Below are positions 27,901-30,598 of a stretch of DNA of 30,598 bases, piece by piece. The stretch covers positions 1-30,598 of IMG/VR virus record IMGVR_UViG_3300037961_002660; one strand, 5' to 3'. Source of the stretch: a virus (Duplodnaviria; Caudoviricetes). A model generated the notes under the pieces. That model saw only the letters and a program-made list of their open reading frames with translations. It made no database searches and was not told where the DNA came from. The position numbers and the translations under genes are program-made. Numbering within the stretch: the first letter of the stretch is position 1; each line of letters opens with the position of its first letter.

Positions 27901-30598
27901 ATGTTCAAGCGTGGGTTCGTGATCGGCGGGAGAGGTTTCAACAGATCGGGCCAGAAGCCCCAGTAACCCCAAGGTTACAGTCTCGCTACGGTGCGGGATC
28001 GCTCATACCAAAAGAGCTAGACGCTAATTCAGTAGACTTCAGTAACTGGATAGAGATGCTTGAGCTTCCACTTATGGAAGTCGGCACATACAAGTCTCCT
28101 TCCTCAATGTTCGGTCGCCTTATGTTAGGCTACGCTGACCGAGATATCATGCGCTTCAAAGAAGAGCGTGATGCATTTGTTAGGGAAGCAAAGAAACTTG
28201 TCGAAGATTTCAAAGAGAAACATGACAGGGTCATAAAGGAAGCGGCCAAGAAAGGTATAGATATACCACCTGAGTTAATCTCACGAGCTTCTGGATCTAA
28301 CATGGGTTCTCAATTAACTGATGAGCAACTCCAAGAAGTAGAAGATCAGTTCAATAAAGAAAGAGCTAACGCTAACAGAACAGCAAAGACTCCTAAGCAA
28401 AGGGAAGTCTTACTTGATATCGCGGAGAAGAACAAAGTAAAGAACGCGACTAGCTTGCGTAAGAAGAACAGAGAAGTTCTTCTCGCTGACAGGAACCAAG
28501 CCCTGAAAGACTTACTTACTATTTCTCCTGAAGCACACAAGTTAGTTCTTGATATGCGTAAACTCACTGACGAGTTATCTAATATAGGTAACGAGTTGTT
28601 CAGTGGCTTCATTAACAATGATGATTTCAGAGCTACCTTCGATGCTAACGGTGGTATCTACATCACAAGAAGGTATCGCATGTTCGAGGACAATGACTTC
28701 ATGGCGCAAGTCAGAGACTTTGAAGATCCTACTTACGCACAAGAGAGACAAGACGCGATCAACTATTTCGCGCAGCAATACATTGACTTCCATGTCGCTG
28801 AGAAGATGACGAAGGAAGGTCTTTCTAAATCAGAGGCAAGGGCAAACGTAGAACTAGAACTGGAAGAGAAGAACTCCAGTGCCAGAACAAAGGGCAAGGA
28901 TATGATGATGGAGTTCCTCAACGCATACGAAAAGAATGCGGTTGGTAGGGAGCTTGAAGTTTATCAATCTGCTGACGGTGGAAGAAGCATCATGTTCAAT
29001 GAGCGTAAGTTCAAAGGTGGTCCGCTCAAGGCAATCGCTAATGAATTAAACGCCAAACAAAATGTCCCTGCCCCACTCCGTAAACTCTTAGGTGAGTATG
29101 GAGATAAGGCTGGCATAGATAACCTAGCCCATACGGTTGTTCACACAGCGAGTGTGATGGCGAACCAAGCATTCTTTAACCGAGTTGTTGAACATGGAAC
29201 TAAGGGAGACAACCCTTGGTTGGTCTCTGAAGAGGAGATTGCCAAAGACTTAGAGCTACCACTGGATCAACAGAAGTATGTCGGCTGGTCTAAGTTGAAA
29301 GCAGATGAAGGCAAGATGGATTGGAATCCGATCAAGGGTTACTACACCAAGCCAGAAATAATCAAAGACTTCAGGCAGTTGATTAACATCAACAAAGCAG
29401 AGTCAGCAGCTAAGGAGATAGACAACCCAACCGAATACCTGACGCACACAGCCTTACGTTTCTTACATCGAGCCACTGGTTTATCTTTGGCGGCTAAGAC
29501 ACTAGGCTCTGTTGGATTCTATGTTCGTAACATGTTGGGTAACGCAATGTTCTTCGGACCTATGCAGGGATACTACGGTGGTATCGGCAAAGCATTCGGA
29601 GAGATGGGCGGTGTCGGTAAGTCAATACTATCAGGAGACGCAGCTAATTCTAAGTCAATGATTGTTCGTGCAGCTCTGGGATCTAAGGCAGCAATGGACG
29701 CAGAGCTTACAGTATTATCTTCCATGAATGTATGGGGCGATGAGATGGAAGCGAACGCGTTAAGAGATTTGCTCATTGGCAAAACTACTATCCCGCAGAT
29801 GGAGAACAAGATATCTGAGTTAGCAAAGTTTGCTTCGGATAAAACCAAAGGTGCTAAAGAAGGATACGAGAAAGCAGTTAACACAGCTACTCGATTGGCA
29901 TCTGCAATGGATGCATACTACAAGATAGGACTATACGAACTTGAGTTGGAAACAATTAGAGATGCTGCAAAGGCTGACCCAGAAGGTGGGCAGTTCAGCA
30001 GGATGCTTGAGCGAGATTCAAGAGGGGCTGTTGTTCTCGATGAAGATGGTGAGCCTAAGATAACAATCGCTATGAAGAGGGCGGCTGCTGTCAAAGTTAA
30101 GAAAGTATCACAGTCATACAGCCAAGCACCACCGATTATCAAAGGACTTACTCGATCCTCAGTTGGTTTGCTTATCGCTCCTTACGTGCGATTCGCCGCA
30201 GAGATACCAAGGGTTATGATCAACACTCGTAACCTACTCAAAGAGGAAAGGGAACAGGGGAAAACAAACCCTGTAATGAGGAAGCGATACATGAAACGCT
30301 TGAAGGGAATGATAGGAACAATGAGTTTCACATTCATTCTACCAAAGGTTCTTCAACTAGCTATCGCTGGAATCGGAGAGGACGAAGATGAAGCATTGAG
30401 AAAAGGTATGCCGTCTTATTTGAGAGGTCACACTTTCTTCTACATTCCAACAGGTGAGGATGAGTTATACTCACTCGACTTAACTTACCTCAACCCGTTC
30501 TCAGTTGTTGCTGACCCCATCGCCAGATCGTTCGAAACTTTCTGGGACAGAGGAAAGCTACGCCCAATCGACGCAACGAAGGAACTGATAGTAGGATT
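18918..30598 (+). CDS. Giant polyvalent internal virion/ejection protein, more than 3,890 aa, 3'-truncated (absent from the ORF track)
   Basis: ATG 18918 (MSDPSNPIKNNF...) follows an in-frame TAA at 18891. The same frame is open at every point I translated through to the window end (...FETFWDRGKLRPIDATKELIVG), and the track reports no closed ORF in this frame. It contains Gly/Ala hydrophobic segments, HELVH (23907), EEIAH (24621) and a HhH-GPD-like domain (26301-26870). Confidence 0.9.
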   Translation, partial: MSDPSNPIKNNFVETSFSEWRANNPYEDKVESLGRYTEHLRNEYLEAGRYDEVVESQLQTNLSKGLQANQLVTQENVDQINQQLKSFRKPDLLTSVNTLLDGDPINDEFLDDRQKQILTRFQKEKELGQQGDVATVSEIVREANREKYTSLYKSGEILAAVIEDEEGNEIFLGGQIPENMTEADVLKKTSQYGVSASNLFDLRFKREVMPENNGLMRYEVQKRQMADFEVRELLANTEDLGVKAALYGLAKEYADDKTWDWGDKFNYWASDGLQDLLRGVTTFFSSGEKKKEGQKAIVLDKLREKYEDETDEARAKLRTFIQNETDYSSDVIDDVINDVTIKYAFGGDAKENVNPFTKYTDNEDEQDKNVHRTRYSGTLVAADLILSPTKFSEALRQAGVTGRAAALAEKERELAVIRDYDRMSEILLKEESTSEEYQKAIIEGKQKGLTNSQIIEGFRKTHDFGKIAHRFSGVGSSIIEGFQSIGYGLAAAGLGSEQWGQEGLKRISENNAHDRAVAQIFGMEMGAGQDFMEAIAPMMTDAALTALLTAGTAKVGAWGGAAYITAKSSGTAAARSLIMSTARQALATVGKETAEEAAERLLKSTAMKGASRDATFTAVKAYNSKLAKRLNIGAASFIPAATRSGSNTYGVIFQTVEDDLTLKHKTEEGWEEGWSLERVKEEAHDAAIGGAITQGTITGLLTAGFGMIGRGGLEEAFMRGMSFRQMKQITSNVMGRNLGDATFQKIMNAAITKVKKVHRLEAPKGFLRSALDEGIEEGVDEFINTLTVDAFTNQETSLFDRMSSAWHGFVLGAALGGSGNLVSKTAKNIAPKRFLDRAAAARVERDVFKEYEREVEAQGLGEKLREAGSPATAQEAERLIRQYKRAERPEKTATLEPTRSAVEEVEDEIDSIIEAEGDELSDAEMDEINAELATLVTPEAVRKEMQKITADDLQSTQVNPDAASNPAIEVAQQAEGGSTSAAVYLSSQHAAKNTQLELDEEYALILDDIRYKEKLYRKMERELQGKEGVSADRLRKALDDAVANGKALSPQDAKFMRAEASKRFKEKQNEQAASDKKGSSEEDIKSIEDLVKAGFPHTLTIDQLERLGIATDNLDKASLRTLTKELRQKIEKEYPVIKEFDDVAATLPSIYGAKGKVRISSSGMGVFDNNPVTMLTLLESNIQIPIPQDVVDGGKINPAFETERRGGQTFVTDIMVRESGGMVSAKTAFNKVGALEEDYSRVADAATKLNELKADVQISEDIKVRNPFNTKSKIKLTTLLDRVKDTTLLQAILEVNSPDFVKLTQGFRQSALVTSSVEMQAAIYEYAQKVSSGVEVESSPFKVAEVAKPTATYFFNQQVARKKRAARSLVSLVSDSEFNSDTVAPIPDTYVPVDPNPLPPLPTRKVTNYIEDLQAAGGDALDNNNQLRGSIANLLNSEYHRGTNRAFVLRSPQLFTEFLQYMSKGNYARSKAAKAFQTNLNNGLFEAEGDVVRKVLRTLSLSDAEVELPIDQDPEFLQQLKADLQDLAGADYTVTDGQVLAFHVDLAKAGAEAKFQRAIQNGRSMRVNAGVNDAILEALGISSNDPEGVIEALEKVVGGKSQTQSTIAKVLLADKEFIRSIKFSFEATTADYAGAYYLDNEGNPNIVINGARASDRGVVDVLLHELVHAFSDRVLSKSPEVRTSSENNAINRIESLLKILRKRAASENAPDSVLYGLKNIDDFLSTFLTSPEFQGFVKSMRTSSGERNFIQRIIDAIANLFSRSNKRFQQALQDSLTLTQRRGISEPETAEGFASQIASKLSRRQGTRSRLATSIGMAEDINTNEALDNAAVEYFAFAANYVPPEINIVMDNTTDVIAEWDAESQSIVFNGRRAAAKVNQLVAAVDGRPIRREHILAAILNEEIAHVASFAQLSQDQIEALMAGINDLDAQSIIEQYYPEAEREAALARFRSEDPEISRTERFILAEEQLRIHVQKVLRGAETNEQVNFLLENPSLLQTVKQYFKNVLTKLTYRRNLKDVSPEMRDAVNRVVTEVRAMEMAYRLSPNGMHFDIENSEATMNQMLKQLEMHNSITPPEEDIDEEAPPAPTLQSRWGADAGTVPSDHGAVGKLANGESIGNFTALPAEILADAKDPNKTVNVTLSHTNITLGRRSRESEEDLQNFPLGVMPFSLEIGGAKYNAFNVRMKNAGVPNLDETIYKNFLSKKSAAKYQLSENMKLKDVLDRINAVAKRTGVTSAINMTDIKLTNPELKNKSPNSLIPKDTVIYAQGPKNVIGGPTGELVSANEDIDVSDMMEGWDAITYNPAMGNYMYRVAEDSAGRTRFYTQSKFVGADEMVMVSNLDTGDTNPFQNFAIWVKGARYKAVDPQVDPPAHKTIKELIDKKQAEPTPLKPALQSRVGSDIDLGLTMKSFKVNSYPKELDLFKTKAGKVKGAPPQVKSSQDVTKVMNRLKKLTIEGAVGRYWYEDAASKILEITKGDVVEAEKFIALLAIYSPQTGVEVNTYFAVRAYEQHANGVSREDFGVKTSVQDDKARAVLYDIQPWDGRKTDNFYKNLMFHIVSEASPDQLNAMQIDPAFLKELQQPVTVDMWVYRALGYDTIGLTDAKGQGAFGFSEKLINRLAYALNQNLPEGADPYQAHQIQAMIWTAIKARSEQKDVKKKTEAQSVKAGDLVYKTDAKGKRTRSFPTKEAERKHQLRWTKNALAAEGVDFIEASRSFDYFVNTMGMTATWEVIPSTLTDIGKQLAAMSFDEKRAFTQKAMGLIVDPETGEDLLARELGISLSTVAGSAGGYAGGVTPNVISTVYPNKPSGTYDDDAIRAYSRALQFIFKQDAVPWSRLIKTTKEDLHYKVVNENGRTIRKFDSQGAAEDYAAKAKKDYTVAGGEQSFGINLAFNEELTESKLQEIQDYLSSVNSDLGFTQISDNEVIVVNYKMDYNNMLPVLTDEDFNDKIIERYGQETKQTYFTTVGEYGYHDWSDDSEGATIFQTSPRFTSDVQAWVRDRRERFQQIGPEAPVTPRLQSRYGAGSLIPKELDANSVDFSNWIEMLELPLMEVGTYKSPSSMFGRLMLGYADRDIMRFKEERDAFVREAKKLVEDFKEKHDRVIKEAAKKGIDIPPELISRASGSNMGSQLTDEQLQEVEDQFNKERANANRTAKTPKQREVLLDIAEKNKVKNATSLRKKNREVLLADRNQALKDLLTISPEAHKLVLDMRKLTDELSNIGNELFSGFINNDDFRATFDANGGIYITRRYRMFEDNDFMAQVRDFEDPTYAQERQDAINYFAQQYIDFHVAEKMTKEGLSKSEARANVELELEEKNSSARTKGKDMMMEFLNAYEKNAVGRELEVYQSADGGRSIMFNERKFKGGPLKAIANELNAKQNVPAPLRKLLGEYGDKAGIDNLAHTVVHTASVMANQAFFNRVVEHGTKGDNPWLVSEEEIAKDLELPLDQQKYVGWSKLKADEGKMDWNPIKGYYTKPEIIKDFRQLININKAESAAKEIDNPTEYLTHTALRFLHRATGLSLAAKTLGSVGFYVRNMLGNAMFFGPMQGYYGGIGKAFGEMGGVGKSILSGDAANSKSMIVRAALGSKAAMDAELTVLSSMNVWGDEMEANALRDLLIGKTTIPQMENKISELAKFASDKTKGAKEGYEKAVNTATRLASAMDAYYKIGLYELELETIRDAAKADPEGGQFSRMLERDSRGAVVLDEDGEPKITIAMKRAAAVKVKKVSQSYSQAPPIIKGLTRSSVGLLIAPYVRFAAEIPRVMINTRNLLKEEREQGKTNPVMRKRYMKRLKGMIGTMSFTFILPKVLQLAIAGIGEDEDEALRKGMPSYLRGHTFFYIPTGEDELYSLDLTYLNPFSVVADPIARSFETFWDRGKLRPIDATKELIVG
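27744..27772 (+). promoter_or_regulatory. Intragenic near-consensus sigma70 promoter inside the giant ORF
   Basis: TTGACA-17 nt-TAAAAT (11/12 consensus), 11 nt before an out-of-frame ATG at 27784. Confidence 0.7.
27784..27966 (+). CDS. Putative overprinted 60-aa protein in the +1 frame of the giant ORF
   Basis: MDKKQNKPTSQQSENTDTTTGRMTAKELLSSKPVPDSHPMFKRGFVIGGRGFNRSGQKPQ, directly downstream of the intragenic promoter; its stop falls 8 nt before the third LQSR cassette boundary. Confidence 0.55.
   Translation: MDKKQNKPTSQQSENTDTTTGRMTAKELLSSKPVPDSHPMFKRGFVIGGRGFNRSGQKPQ

Noticed and set aside
28603-28809. 68-aa alternative-frame ORF in the giant gene
   Set aside because: No expression signals; Met/Thr/Ser-rich composition typical of an off-frame read.
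18918-30598. Virion RNA polymerase (N4- or crAss-like) as the identity of the giant ORF
   Set aside because: No polymerase catalytic motif noticed in the portions read; it cannot be excluded for the part beyond the window.

Overview
Fragment of a tailed dsDNA bacteriophage genome, podovirus-like in organisation, probably infecting a diderm host. (1) 1-7550 on +: end of a tail fibre gene, a GT-A glycosyltransferase, several probable virion/tail proteins, and a lysis cassette (holin-like, overlapping spanin-like pair, second small membrane protein, Amidase_3 endolysin), followed by a metallopeptidase-like ORF and a PD-(D/E)XK nuclease ORF. (2) 7516-15253 on -: replication/recombination operon with an HTH/TerS-like gene, RuvC-like resolvase, Cas4/DUF2800-like exonuclease, SSB-like protein, family A DNA polymerase and primase-helicase. 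(3) 15280-end on +: terminase large subunit, two probable ejection proteins, and a giant ORF of more than 3,890 aa (18918 to beyond the window end) that the ORF track omits. The giant protein looks like a polyvalent virion protein. It carries two degenerate zincin domains and two cassettes delimited by a repeated PxLQSRxG motif. One cassette holds a HhH-GPD DNA-glycosylase-like domain and, at its 3' end, a near-consensus sigma70 promoter followed by an overprinted 60-aa ORF in the +1 frame. This candidate injected-effector plus nested-antidote module is the most notable observation. All protein assignments come from reading motifs by eye; no database search was run.
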